NCBI GenBank assembly: GCA_002733415.1
Contig: NVVR01000002.1
Location: 1-64,000, forward strand
Source of the DNA: Kordia sp.
Lineage (GTDB): Bacteria; Bacteroidota; Bacteroidia; Flavobacteriales; Flavobacteriaceae
DNA length: 64,000 nucleotides
Direction of reading: 5' to 3'
Position 1 is the first letter of the stretch, and every line of letters begins with the position of its first letter. A model generated the notes under the pieces. That model was not told the origin of the DNA. It was given only the letters and a program-made list of their open reading frames with translations, and searched no databases. The position numbers were made by a program, and so were the translations under genes. Shown in pieces: positions 41,632 to 52,900 of the stretch.

Positions 41632-43689
41632 ATGAATTTTAAAAAAACGGTTTATATAGGTGCGTTAGCTTCAATTGCTATTGTAGGATGTAAAGATAAT
41701 ACCAAAGAACAAGAAGTTGTTAGTATTACTAATGGGATTAATGTCGATTTAATGGATAAAACCATAAGTCCTAACGAAGATTTTTTCCAGTTTATTAACG
41801 GAACTTGGTTAAAAAATAATACAATCCCTGATGATAGAACTCGTTGGGGGAGTTTTGATGAACTTCGTAAAATGACTGATGACGATGTGCTTTCTATTGT
41901 AAATAAAGCAATGAACGATGTTAGTATTAAAGAGAATTCTGATCAGGCTAAAGCACTTTATCTATACAAGTCAATACTTAATACAAAACAACGAGATATA
42001 CTTGGGATAACGCCTATAAAAGAGGTGTTAACTCAGATAGATGCTATAGATAATATTTCGGATTTACAAGCGTATTTAACAGCAATGGAGCCAAAAGGGA
42101 GTACTGCTTTTTTTGGCACTTATATTGGTGCAGATTCTAAAGATAGTAATAAAAATGTAGTATATCTTGGAGCGGGAAGTGTGGGGTTACCAGACAGAGA
42201 TTATTATATAAAAGAAGATTCGGACTCAAAAGAGAAGAGAGAGAAGTATGTTTCTCATATTACTAAAATGCTTCAATATCTAGGAGATTCAAAAGAGCTT
42301 GCTGCAAAATCAGCAAAGCAAATTTTAAGTTTTGAGACTAAACTTGCTATTCCAAAAATGGACAAGGTTGAACGAAGAGATGCACGTAATAGGTATAACC
42401 CAATGGCAATTACTGATCTTCAAAAAATGGTACCAAGCATTAATTGGAAGGGTTATTTTACTAGTTTAGGTATAGCAAAATTAGACACAGTAATTGTTAG
42501 TCAGTTAAAATACACTAAAGCATTACAAGAAGTTTTTACGGAAAACAATATATCTGATTGGAAAGCATACTTAAAATGGGGGGTATTTAATAATTCAGCA
42601 GGAAAATTGAGTGAAGAGTTAGAAAAAGCGAATTGGGATTTCTACTCTAAAACTTTGAAAGGAGCTAAAGAACAACGTCCAAGAACTGAAAGAGCTCTTG
42701 CTACAGTAAACGGAACTGTAGGTGAGGCTTTAGGGAAATTATATGTATCTGAGAAATTTCCTCCAGAAGCAAAGGCTAAAGCAAAAAGGATGATTACAAA
42801 TGTATTAAAGGCATTTGAGAATAGAATAAATAATTTGGCTTGGATGAGTGAAAACACTAAGCTAAAAGCAATCGAAAAATTAAATGCAACTACAGTTAAA
42901 ATCGGTTATCCAGATAAATGGAAAGATTATAGTAAATTAAACATTGAAAAAGGAAACTCATATTTTGAAAACATGCAAAATGTTTCTGAATGGCGTTTTA
43001 AAGAAAATATAAACAAGTTGAATGAGCCAGTAGATAAAACAGAATGGCATATGTCTCCACAAACTGTAAACGCATATTTCAATCCATCGTATAATGAAAT
43101 TGTATTTCCAGCCGCTATATTACAACCTCCTTTTTATGATTATAAAGCTGATGATGCTGTAAATTATGGAGGAATTGGTGCTGTAATTGGTCATGAAATT
43201 TCACATAGTTTTGATGATTCAGGCGCTCGTTTTGATAAAAACGGTAATTTAAACAATTGGTGGACAGAAGAAGATGCTGAAAAATTTAAGGTTTTAGGGA
43301 AAGCATTAGCGGATCAATATTCCGCAATTGAAGTGTTGCCTGAAACGAATATTAATGGAGAGTTTACTCTAGGTGAAAATATAGGAGATCTTGGTGGAGT
43401 TAATGTTGCATATGATGCATTACAATTATATTATGAAAAGAATGGAAAACCAGAAAAGATAGATGGATTCACAGGAGAACAACGTTATTTTATGTCTTGG
43501 GCAACTGTTTGGAGGTCTAAATATAGAGATGAGGCATTAAAGAATCAAATTAAAACTGACCCACATTCTCCAGGTATGGTAAGGGCTTCTCAACCACTTA
43601 AAAATGTAGATGCATTTTATGATGCGTTTAATATTAAAGAGGGTGATAGTATGTATATTACTGAAGATGAAAGAGTAAGAATTTGGTAA
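41632..43689 (+). CDS. M13-family zinc metallopeptidase (neprilysin/PepO-like), lipoprotein
   Basis: Lipobox (IVGC). HEISH zinc motif VIGHEISHSFDD. NAYY-like motif VNAYFNP. Confidence 0.85.
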   Translation: MNFKKTVYIGALASIAIVGCKDNTKEQEVVSITNGINVDLMDKTISPNEDFFQFINGTWLKNNTIPDDRTRWGSFDELRKMTDDDVLSIVNKAMNDVSIKENSDQAKALYLYKSILNTKQRDILGITPIKEVLTQIDAIDNISDLQAYLTAMEPKGSTAFFGTYIGADSKDSNKNVVYLGAGSVGLPDRDYYIKEDSDSKEKREKYVSHITKMLQYLGDSKELAAKSAKQILSFETKLAIPKMDKVERRDARNRYNPMAITDLQKMVPSINWKGYFTSLGIAKLDTVIVSQLKYTKALQEVFTENNISDWKAYLKWGVFNNSAGKLSEELEKANWDFYSKTLKGAKEQRPRTERALATVNGTVGEALGKLYVSEKFPPEAKAKAKRMITNVLKAFENRINNLAWMSENTKLKAIEKLNATTVKIGYPDKWKDYSKLNIEKGNSYFENMQNVSEWRFKENINKLNEPVDKTEWHMSPQTVNAYFNPSYNEIVFPAAILQPPFYDYKADDAVNYGGIGAVIGHEISHSFDDSGARFDKNGNLNNWWTEEDAEKFKVLGKALADQYSAIEVLPETNINGEFTLGENIGDLGGVNVAYDALQLYYEKNGKPEKIDGFTGEQRYFMSWATVWRSKYRDEALKNQIKTDPHSPGMVRASQPLKNVDAFYDAFNIKEGDSMYITEDERVRIW

Positions 43690-43707
43690 TTAAATGATGT
43701 TATAAAA

Positions 43708-43748
43708 CAAAAAAATCCCGAAGCAGCTGCTTCGGGATTTTTTGTTTT
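43708..43748. terminator. Bidirectional terminator
   Basis: atcccgaagcagctgcttcgggat flanked by an A-run and a T-run. Confidence 0.75.
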
Positions 43749-43766
43749 ATAATATGTAAGAAATAA

Positions 43767-44423
43767 TTATTTCCTTAATTCCTCCATGTCTGAAAGTAAA
43801 TCTTCTAGTTTGTTTAATATTCCTCCGTAGATTAAGTTGATGTCCCATTTTCCAATCTTACCACCAAAAAAAGCTAATATCCCAATGACTAAGAAGAAAG
43901 GGATAAGTAAGAGTATTGGAAAACCATTGACTAAAGAAGTTGTAGGAAATTCAGAAACAAATCCGTTTATAAAACGATCACCTAATATAGTTCCATCAAT
44001 GTCAATAAACCAAAAACCAAGTACCATTGCCAAAAAAACATAGGGGTACAAAAAGGTAGATAGTTTAGAGTTTACTGCAATCATGTCTTTTACCCACTTA
44101 TCAAAAGAGCTTAAGTACTCATAACTACTCGTGTTTTTATCAATAGTATCTAGTTGATTACTGAATTTCTGCGCAACAAAAGTTACAGCAATAAAAAGCA
44201 AGGCCATCGGTATACCCATATATATCATTCCTGTTACATATGAAAGAGGGATAATTATTATTGCAAAAGCAACTATTCCGATTCGATTTAATTTATACAT
44301 GCGTTTGAATTTCTCAACGATGTCTATCGATTTTTGGTTGTATAAGTCATTTAATTTTGGTGCAACTAAGGCATCATTTTTTATAAAACCTTCTTTCCAA
44401 ATTGTTTCTATTGATTTTTCCAT
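43767..44423 (-). CDS. Membrane protein encoded downstream of the ECF sigma factor gene (possible anti-sigma or associated factor)
   Basis: Several TM helices. Its start lies 22 nt after the sigma factor stop. Confidence 0.4.
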   Translation of the reverse strand: MEKSIETIWKEGFIKNDALVAPKLNDLYNQKSIDIVEKFKRMYKLNRIGIVAFAIIIIPLSYVTGMIYMGIPMALLFIAVTFVAQKFSNQLDTIDKNTSSYEYLSSFDKWVKDMIAVNSKLSTFLYPYVFLAMVLGFWFIDIDGTILGDRFINGFVSEFPTTSLVNGFPILLLIPFFLVIGILAFFGGKIGKWDINLIYGGILNKLEDLLSDMEELRK

Positions 44424-44445
44424 AATAGTGTTTTTTTAAAGTAAT

Positions 44446-44928
44446 TTAATTACTTAATATTTTTTTTAAACGTTCTTTAATACGTGTAATACGCACACCA
44501 ATATTGTTAGTATTGGTTCCAATAATGTCAGCGATTTCTTTATACGACTTCTCTTCTAGGTAAAGTAAAATAACCCCTCTATCAATCTCAGATAATTGCC
44601 TGATGGCACCATATAGTTGATTAAGAGATTCATCAGCAAATGCACGACTATCTACTAAAACCTCGTCAGGTAGTAAATCAGAAGGAGCATTTTGTTTGTT
44701 GTTTTTCTTTTTCTTTAAGAAAGTTAAACAAACATTTAATGACAACCTGTATATCCAAGTAGACCATGCTGATTGCTCCTTGAAGCTGTCTTTGCTGCGC
44801 CAAATTTGCAAACATACTTCTTGGTAATAATCCTCAAAATCTTCTTGAGTATCGGTATATGCTCTGCAAATTTTGATGATAATTGCGGCATAGGGTAAAA
44901 TTTGTGTGGTGTAAAAATCGCTACTCAC
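44446..44928 (-). CDS. ECF-type RNA polymerase sigma-70 family factor
   Basis: Region 2 (YYQEVCLQIWRS...WIYRLSLNVCL) and a region 4 HTH (SYKEIADIIGTNTNNIGVRITRIKERL). Confidence 0.8.
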   Translation of the reverse strand: MSSDFYTTQILPYAAIIIKICRAYTDTQEDFEDYYQEVCLQIWRSKDSFKEQSAWSTWIYRLSLNVCLTFLKKKKNNKQNAPSDLLPDEVLVDSRAFADESLNQLYGAIRQLSEIDRGVILLYLEEKSYKEIADIIGTNTNNIGVRITRIKERLKKILSN

Positions 44929-44933
44929 TTTTG

Positions 44934-44974
44934 GTCTTTTCTTGTTTAGTGTCTCAAATCAATATTTATTACAG
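44934..44974 (-). promoter_or_regulatory. Conserved ~40-nt upstream element, copy 1. The second copy is at 45493-45532.
   Basis: agtcttttctt(g/a)tttagtg(t/g)ctcaaat(c/g)aatatttattacag lies 6-10 nt upstream of two minus-strand start codons. Confidence 0.5.
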
Positions 44975-45042
44975 GGAAATGGAAAATATTTTAAATAATA
45001 ATAAAGATAGTGTATTCTCCAATATGGGTTTTGAAGTGTTTC

Positions 45043-45483
45043 CTACAAAACCTTGCCTTCTTTTTCTGCTTTAGTATCCATAATTCTACCAATCACTAAC
45101 CCGATCAACATTCCTATTGCTAATCCAGAAGATGTTCCTATTGTTTTTTCAATTGCTGCTCCAAAAGCAACTCCAAAACACATTCCTAGGCTCATTCCAA
45201 TTTCAGTATAATATCCTTTAGAAACTAAAGAAAATTCTGTTTTTAAATATTCTTTAAAAGAATTAAGGACCTTTCTAAAGTATTTTTTCCTGTTCTCATC
45301 ATTTAAGTTTAATTCAAGGGTATCAAGTTTTGTTTCAATAGAAATGATGTCTTCTATTGAAAAATCTCTTTTACTTAACCTGGTTAACGTTTGAATGAAA
45401 TCATCGTATACTTTTAATTCAGATTTTTTAGTTGTTTGACTTCTTAACTTATTGAAATATTTGATTGTTTCATCTGCTGTCAT
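45043..45483 (-). CDS. Hypothetical membrane protein (glycine-zipper TM segments) sharing the ECF-associated upstream element
   Basis: GMSLGMCFGVAFGAAI...GLAIGMLIGLVIG. Confidence 0.4.
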   Translation of the reverse strand: MTADETIKYFNKLRSQTTKKSELKVYDDFIQTLTRLSKRDFSIEDIISIETKLDTLELNLNDENRKKYFRKVLNSFKEYLKTEFSLVSKGYYTEIGMSLGMCFGVAFGAAIEKTIGTSSGLAIGMLIGLVIGRIMDTKAEKEGKVL

Positions 45484-45492
45484 AATATCTAG

Positions 45493-45532
45493 TCTTTTCT
45501 TATTTAGTGGCTCAAATGAATATTTATTACAG
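45493..45532 (-). promoter_or_regulatory. Conserved upstream element, copy 2
   Basis: See 44934-44974. Confidence 0.5.
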
Positions 45533-45658
45533 CCAGATGTTTTTTTTTAGTTTATTCTTATTTCCGTTAAGGTCAATACCTTTGATGTACGCATATAAGA
45601 TATGGATTAACAATATTGTTTTTGGTCGAAACAAGCTTTAGGGGAATTAAGCCCACTG

Positions 45659-47242
45659 GTGGGTTTAAAATGCAATAAATTATGTAATTTTGCGGTCATT
45701 ATGGCAAAACAAGAAGATCAGTTTAAAAAAGTTGTCGCTCATGCAAAAGAGTATGGGTATGTATTTCAGTCAAGTGAAATATATGACGGTTTAAGCGCAG
45801 TATATGACTATGCTCAAAATGGAGCAGAGTTAAAGAAAAATATCAGAGAATACTGGTGGAAATCAATGGTGCAATTGCATGATAATATTGTAGGTATTGA
45901 TGCTGCAATATTTATGCATCCTACTACATGGAAAGCTTCTGGGCATGTTGATGCCTTTAGTGATCCGTTAATAGATAATAAAGATTCTAAAAAAAGATAT
46001 AGAGCTGATGTTTTAGTAGAAGATTTTGCTGAGAAATTAGAAACTAAAGCACAAAAGGAAATCAAAAAGGCTGAGAAGCGTTTTGGCGAAGCTTTTGATA
46101 AGGCAGAATTTGAAGCAACTAATCCTAAAGTTTTAAAGTACAGAGCTGAAAAGCAAGCACTGTTGGATAAATTAGGAAAGCTTTTAGAAGAAGAAAAACT
46201 TGATGAAGTAAAGGCTTTTATTGAAGAGCTAGGGATTGCTTGTCCGGTGTCAGGGTCAAAAAACTGGACGGATGTGCGTCAGTTTAACTTAATGTTTGGC
46301 ACGAAGTTAGGTGCTTCTGCAGAAACGGCAATGGATTTATATTTGCGTCCGGAAACAGCGCAGGGTATTTTTGTAAACTTTGCTAATGTGCAAAAAACAG
46401 GGCGAATGAAAATTCCTTTTGGTATTGCACAAACAGGTAAAGCGTTCAGAAACGAGATTGTTGCAAGACAGTTTATTTTCAGAATGCGTGAGTTTGAACA
46501 AATGGAAATGCAATTTTTTGTACGTCCTGGAACGCAAAAAGAATGGTATGATCAATGGAAAGAAACTCGTTTGAAATGGCATTTGTCATTAGGTTTAGGT
46601 GAAGAAAATTACCGTTTCCATGACCATGAAAAATTAGCGCATTACGCTGATGCTGCTTCTGATATTGAATTTAACTTCCCGTTCGGATTTAAAGAATTAG
46701 AAGGAATTCATTCAAGAACAGATTTCGATTTAAAAGCACATGAAAAATTTTCTGGAAAGAAATTACAATATTTCGATCCCGAATTAAATGAAAGCTACAC
46801 TCCTTATGTTGTAGAAACTTCTATAGGATTGGATAGAATGTTTTTAGCAGTATTCTCTAACTCATTACAAGAAGAGGACTTAGGAGATGGTAAAACACGT
46901 ACGGTATTGAAATTACCAGCGGTATTGGCGCCTACAAAAGCAGCAATATTTCCGTTAGTAAAGAAAGACGGGTTGCCTGAAGTTGCTAAACAAATAGTAG
47001 CTGATTTAAAATGGGACTTCAATGTAATTTATGACGAAAAGGATGCAGTTGGGAAGCGTTACAGACGTCAAGATGCTGCGGGAACACCTTTCTGTATTAC
47101 TGTTGATCATCAATCGTTAGAAGATAACACAGTTACCATTCGTCATAGAGATACGATGGAGCAAAAAAGAGTAAAAATAGAAGAATTAAGTGCTATTATT
47201 GACCAAGAGGTGAATATGAAACACTGGTTATCAAAAATGTAG
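45659..47242 (+). CDS. glyQS: Glycine--tRNA ligase (class II, alpha2 type)
   Basis: Strong class-II GlyRS-like sequence throughout. The probable start is MAKQEDQF at about 45683. Confidence 0.85.
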   Translation: MGLKCNKLCNFAVIMAKQEDQFKKVVAHAKEYGYVFQSSEIYDGLSAVYDYAQNGAELKKNIREYWWKSMVQLHDNIVGIDAAIFMHPTTWKASGHVDAFSDPLIDNKDSKKRYRADVLVEDFAEKLETKAQKEIKKAEKRFGEAFDKAEFEATNPKVLKYRAEKQALLDKLGKLLEEEKLDEVKAFIEELGIACPVSGSKNWTDVRQFNLMFGTKLGASAETAMDLYLRPETAQGIFVNFANVQKTGRMKIPFGIAQTGKAFRNEIVARQFIFRMREFEQMEMQFFVRPGTQKEWYDQWKETRLKWHLSLGLGEENYRFHDHEKLAHYADAASDIEFNFPFGFKELEGIHSRTDFDLKAHEKFSGKKLQYFDPELNESYTPYVVETSIGLDRMFLAVFSNSLQEEDLGDGKTRTVLKLPAVLAPTKAAIFPLVKKDGLPEVAKQIVADLKWDFNVIYDEKDAVGKRYRRQDAAGTPFCITVDHQSLEDNTVTIRHRDTMEQKRVKIEELSAIIDQEVNMKHWLSKM

Positions 47243-47267
47243 GAATTAACTGCATTAGAATATTTAA

Positions 47268-47299
47268 AGAGCGACTTTCGAGTCGCTCTTTTTTTTGTT
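47268..47299 (+). terminator. Rho-independent terminator
   Basis: agagcgactttcgagtcgctct followed by a T-run. Confidence 0.75.
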
Positions 47300-47742
47300 T
47301 TTAGAGTTTCCTTCTCCCTGAGGGATAGAGCCTGCACTCAACTTGATTGGGTGACTAAGGAGATGGTGATTTTAGAAGAAATTAAAAACAGGTTAAACTA
47401 ACGGGTAACACAATTGAATAAACAGGAACTAGTAGCTGTATAGTTGAATCGTCACTACTAATAGTGAGTTAAAAATACCCAAATATCATGAGTTATAATT
47501 TGTAATAATTGTTTTAGTTTCGCATTGTAATATGGTGTTTGCTAATTACAGTACTTAGTTTACTCAGTCAAAAGTATAGTACACTCATTATGAGTAGTAT
47601 TATCATAAAAGAGTAGCTAGGTTTGTATTGAAGTAAACATTATTTAACTAACAACATTGAAAACTTAACCTAAATTATGAAATAAAAACTTAAAAATTAT
47701 TTTAAACTAGGAATTCTACTCTTAGGAATTTCTTTAACACTG

Positions 47743-49299
47743 GTGAATTGTCAGAAGGATGATGAAGTAATTGTGCTAGAAGAACAAAATGCGAAAGCAC
47801 CTCTTTTTAAAACTTCAATATTACAATCAAGTAAGATTCAAGAAAATAAAAGACTACGTAGTAGGCTACAAGGTTTTAATAAGAAGAAAACTACTGCTAA
47901 TAAAACCGTTTATTCAGATATACATGGCTTTACAATAAATACAGATTTCGCCAAATATTTAGAAAATCAAGATGGAACTTATCATTCCTATACGTTTACT
48001 GTTTATAGAGACCATGATAACGGGCTTCTTGAAAACTTATTAGTTTCATTGCAACCTGATGGTAGCTATAAAACGTTTTTAGTTACATACGACTTAACAG
48101 AAAAAGAAAAAAATGATGTTATTAACGGAATTTTCATAGCTAATATTAACACTAAAACAACTTTTCAGTTTATCCCAGATAGTGACTTAGACTTTAATAT
48201 TTTTAAATCAGATGGTTGTGGAATTGTTTATGTTACTTTTTGTGGATGTAATGTGCCTTCACACAGAAATGGTTATTTCCCAGAAGGTGGTGCATGTGGT
48301 TGTTTTTCAGCTTCCTTTTATGATAATTGTTATGGTGAAGGAGGAACAAGTGATGGTATAGACGATAATTCTGACACTAACTATGAAGATGTACATGGAG
48401 ATGTGGGTGAAGCAGGAGATACTTTAGGAGGCGGGTCTGGCATTCCTCCAACAACGAATGATAATGTAACTACTCCTACATATTTTAAACCATATAAAAA
48501 TATAATAGAAAATTGTATTGATATATTATCAAACCAAAACATTAACACTTGGTATAATAGTATGGATCCTAATGACCCAAACATAAAAGCTTTGGCTACT
48601 TACCTAGATGGTAATTGCTCTCCTGAAACAGGACAATTTGCCCTAGAAGCTATGGAGGCGTTGATTGATGGAACTATAACAAATGATGAATTTACTCAAG
48701 CTTTAGCTGAACCATATATTGTTATATCCCCCGAGACTCCAATAGCCAATATAGCAGATTATTTAGTGTGTTTTAATTTAAATCAAAATGCTGAGTTAAC
48801 AATATATATAGATCAACCAGTATCTGGGAGTTCAGCTGTATTTGCTTTACCTGCTAATGTAGGACATGCTTTTATTGGTATTACCCAAGGTAACAATACT
48901 AGTGTTTTTGGAGTATATCCTGCTGGAGATGCGCATCCATGGAGCCCAATGGACACCTTACAGTATGGAGATAATTCAGGTGATAGTTATGATATAAGTA
49001 TTACGACTACAATAAATTCAACTGAGTTAACTAATATTATTAATGGAGCAAAAAACAATCCAAATGATTATAATTTAAACTCTTACAATTGTACAGATTA
49101 TGCTACTGAAGTTTCAGGATTATCAGGTATAAACTTACCTTCTTCATATAGTAATTGGGCTGTAGGAGGCGGTAATAATCCTGGTAAAATAGGTGAAATT
49201 ATTAGAGGGGGCGTATGGGTGAATCAAGCAACACCTGGGACAACATCAACTAATTTAGAGGGAGGAACCTCTCCTTCAAATAACAAAGATTGTGATTAA
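47743..49299 (+). CDS. Hypothetical lipoprotein with a Cys-rich segment. The N-terminus is probably mis-called.
   Basis: An in-frame upstream stretch encodes KLKNYFKLGILLLGISLTLVNC (lipobox), preceded by ATG-AAA-TAA at 47677-47685. Confidence 0.5.
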   Translation: MNCQKDDEVIVLEEQNAKAPLFKTSILQSSKIQENKRLRSRLQGFNKKKTTANKTVYSDIHGFTINTDFAKYLENQDGTYHSYTFTVYRDHDNGLLENLLVSLQPDGSYKTFLVTYDLTEKEKNDVINGIFIANINTKTTFQFIPDSDLDFNIFKSDGCGIVYVTFCGCNVPSHRNGYFPEGGACGCFSASFYDNCYGEGGTSDGIDDNSDTNYEDVHGDVGEAGDTLGGGSGIPPTTNDNVTTPTYFKPYKNIIENCIDILSNQNINTWYNSMDPNDPNIKALATYLDGNCSPETGQFALEAMEALIDGTITNDEFTQALAEPYIVISPETPIANIADYLVCFNLNQNAELTIYIDQPVSGSSAVFALPANVGHAFIGITQGNNTSVFGVYPAGDAHPWSPMDTLQYGDNSGDSYDISITTTINSTELTNIINGAKNNPNDYNLNSYNCTDYATEVSGLSGINLPSSYSNWAVGGGNNPGKIGEIIRGGVWVNQATPGTTSTNLEGGTSPSNNKDCD

Positions 49300-49310
49300 A
49301 TATTTAAAAT

Positions 49311-49811
49311 ATGAGAAAAATAATATTACTAGCGAGTGTTTTCTTTATTCTGGCAAGTTGCAAAAAAGATAAGCCTAAAGACATTATAAAAGATTTTATA
49401 GAAGAAGTTTTTTTGCAAAAAAAATATGAAAAAACAAAAATCAGTCAATTTTTATCACCAAAAGAAGCAAATTCTTTTGATGAAATTTCGGATAAGAAAG
49501 AAGAATATGTGAAATTTTTAATTGATGAATATCAAAAAATGTTTGCTACTCAAAAATCATTTGAAATAGTGCATCATAATGATATAGATGAGCACTTAAT
49601 TAAGAATTTTAGATTGAAATACGATGATTTCACATTTGTATATTACATAGTTTCATCAAATAAAATTGCAGGTGTTTTTATTTTAGAAGAAAATAAGAAT
49701 GGTTCTTTTTGGGTAAAATCATTTTGCCCGATGCCATGGGCTTCCCAAGGAGGGAATATAAAGCCTTTAATTTTAAATGAATTAAAAAACATGGAGCAAA
49801 CTGTATGGTGA
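49311..49811 (+). CDS. Hypothetical lipoprotein
   Basis: MRKIILLASVFFILASCKKDK. Confidence 0.5.
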   Translation: MRKIILLASVFFILASCKKDKPKDIIKDFIEEVFLQKKYEKTKISQFLSPKEANSFDEISDKKEEYVKFLIDEYQKMFATQKSFEIVHHNDIDEHLIKNFRLKYDDFTFVYYIVSSNKIAGVFILEENKNGSFWVKSFCPMPWASQGGNIKPLILNELKNMEQTVW

Positions 49812-49937
49812 TTTAACTACTGTATTGAAGACAGTCAGCAATGGCTGTCTTTTCTTGTTTAAAGATACTATATAGTGCCTCTAGTTAGGTTCGGTAAAAA
49901 GTTTATGTCTGTAAATATTCGCCTTTAGTACTCAAAC

Positions 49938-52900
49938 CTAGAAAAATGCCTTTAACTGAATATTACCGGTATGGATGGTCTTAGAAGCTTCACTTTTTCT
50001 TCCAAAGTAGGTTAGGTTTAAATCTAAAAATTTGGTAATTCTTTTTTGAGCAAATACATTCCAAGTCAGGTTTTCCCCTTTCTCTAATCCTTCTAACATT
50101 TGGTAAGCAACAGGAGAGAATGAGCTTCCGGTAAAATCATTAATATAAAAATTGAACTCCCCATTTAAGGACACTTTATCCTTCTTGGCTACTGAAAATG
50201 AAAATCCCATACGCTGTTGTTTCAAGGTTTCAAACTCGCCTATTTCGTTTTCTTGAACGGAGTATTCGTAAAAGAGATCTAATTTTGTATTTGTAGCCGC
50301 TAAAAAAGAAATTTTAGGATTCGTCCCCCAGCTTTTTAACTCATAGTTGTTGGCACTGAAGTTTTCAGATTCATTTTTATTTGCTCCTAGATTATTACGG
50401 AATTCAAATAGCCAACTACTATAAAACTTGTGAATAAATAACAGTTGATTATTGGTAGCATTATTCTCTTGAAAACCAATGCTTAAAATATTCCTGTTTC
50501 TGTTTTGTAAGTATGTATACGAAGTAGAAAAATTTTGTTTTGCTCTATTGAAAAACAAGGTGTTTTTAAAACTAGAGTTTATGGTTAATAATTTTTCGTC
50601 TTCTCTTTTAAAAAGGGTGAAGTTAAAGGTGTCTTCTCGTTTGGTTTTCTTGTTAATTAAAAATGAGGTTTGATTGAAAAACTTTGAAACAATTTTTTTT
50701 AAACCATTATCAGAATCAATCCATACTTTTGGGTTGATGGTTAATGAGGCGCTCCATTTATTTTGTTCTGTCTTGATAAAAACCTGATTAGGAAGTAATA
50801 TTTTAACAAAGTTTGCTTGATCTTGAAACTGTGCTACTTCAAACTCATTTAGTTCCTGAATTGCATTTTCGTTATAATCTATCCAGGTGTAATATCCTTG
50901 TCCTTCATCAACTTCTACATAGGTAAAATCTTGCTGAGGTACTACACCTGAGTTTACTTCAAATACGGTGTTTAAGTTTAAAAACTGATTAAAGAACCCT
51001 TGATTATATAGGACTCTTCCATTCAATGATTTTTCATTTGGAATAGTTTCGTCTTCATAAGTTAACTCACGGTAATTTGCGTGTAAACTCAATTTTGTTC
51101 GTGGGGAGTTGATTAACTTAGATTTTAAATAATACGTATTGGAGTTATTTACCCTTGTTAATTCATTGTTTTTTAAACTGTCATTTACACGATATTTGTA
51201 GCCTATTTCAGCAAATACATTGGTACTATCGCCAATACCAGAAAACACTTCGTAAGCATTATATTTTTGACTGTTGCCTGTAAGTAATTTACTAAGCTTA
51301 TCTTCCAATTGATTGTTTTCTAAACTTGTTTTTGCGCCAACCCATCCTTTATTTAATTCATATAAAATACGAGCAGAAATACGTAAAAATTTAGAATCAT
51401 AGCTTTCCGATGAGCCTTTCAAAAAACTAGAATTAGAAGCTATTCGAAATTTATTTAGATGTAAATCATTATTCAGTACATGTCTATTTCCGTTATAATT
51501 TTCGGAGTATTCTAAATGTTCATAAGTGTAATTGATAATTCCTTTTTTATGATGATTTAGGCTTAGTCCAGAACTAATAATATTCTGATTCCCTAACGGG
51601 TTTTCTAAGTTCCAATCTCTATCAAATTCTACGCGATATAAACGTTCAACCGTTCTAAAGTTCTTGTTTACATAATCAGTATCAATAAATGCATTTAAAT
51701 TCCAAGAGCTATCTTGCTTTATGATGTTTCGTTCTACGGTTAATTTCCCTGCAAATCCATCATTGTCTTCATCATCAATGTCAGAAAATAAGTTTAAATC
51801 ATTTTTACTTCCTGCCAATTCAAAATCAATTTTGGTTCTCTCATTTGGAGTATAACTAGCATCAATAATTGCCATTTGTAATTTTGTGGGAGCTACTAAT
51901 TTAATTAGAGGTTCGTAATTACCCTGAGAAATGCCGCCGATAGGAGCTACGTATTCAAATATATTACTAATAGCATTGCTGTTTACTAATACATAATTCC
52001 CTTGATTGTTTCCAACTAAACTAAATTTAACTTGAAACAGTACGTCGGTTGGTTCATTAGAAAACACAAAAGCTTCTATTCCTCCAATGGTTTCTTTTTT
52101 GTACAAAATTCTGTTTTCCGAATAGGGTTCAGGAATAGCCGAAGGAGCATTCATTAAATCAGGGTCGTTCCCAGCAGCTTTTAAAATGGCAACTTGTTCG
52201 GAACTTAAACTTTGTTGTAAAGGCTGATTTTTAGCGTCATTTTCTGTGTACACATGCGCATCGATGCGAAACTTTTTATCCTTATGGCCGCCACCGCCAT
52301 AGGCAATAATTCTACTGTAATTTTGATCACTAAACTGATATTCAGCCGTAATTCTCATTTCAGAGGTAATCGGATTAGTGGCGTTAAAAATTATTTCACC
52401 AGCATTATAATCAATTACATAATCGTTGTTTTCTCCACGTTGTTGTGGTAAGCCGTTAATGTAAACTGTTTCACTTCCGGAGACTAATAAGATGAATAAC
52501 TCTCCGTTTTGTCCGGTAAGTTTATAGGGACCTTGGTTTCCTTCCTGTCCCTTAAATTCACTTTTTGCATATTGTCCTTTCACTAAAGCGCCAGCAGCAA
52601 ATAGCCTTGTTTCACTACTGTCTCGTTTTATAGTTCCGGTAGCATATATTCCTTGAACCTTTTTAGAGAATTTCCCAAAATAAGAGCTTTTGTTTTCCAA
52701 GTTTACATCACCCGCTCGTAAGAGCCAATTATCACTAAATAGTTCAATAAATACTTGATCAAATTCGTTTAGTTTTTGCGAGTATCCGCCTTCTTGTAAA
52801 GGGATGTTGGAATCCTGTAAAGAAGCTCTAATAGAAACCTTATCAGATATTTTTCCAGATATTTGTAAATCTAACTCGGAGTTTAATACTGAGTTTTGAT

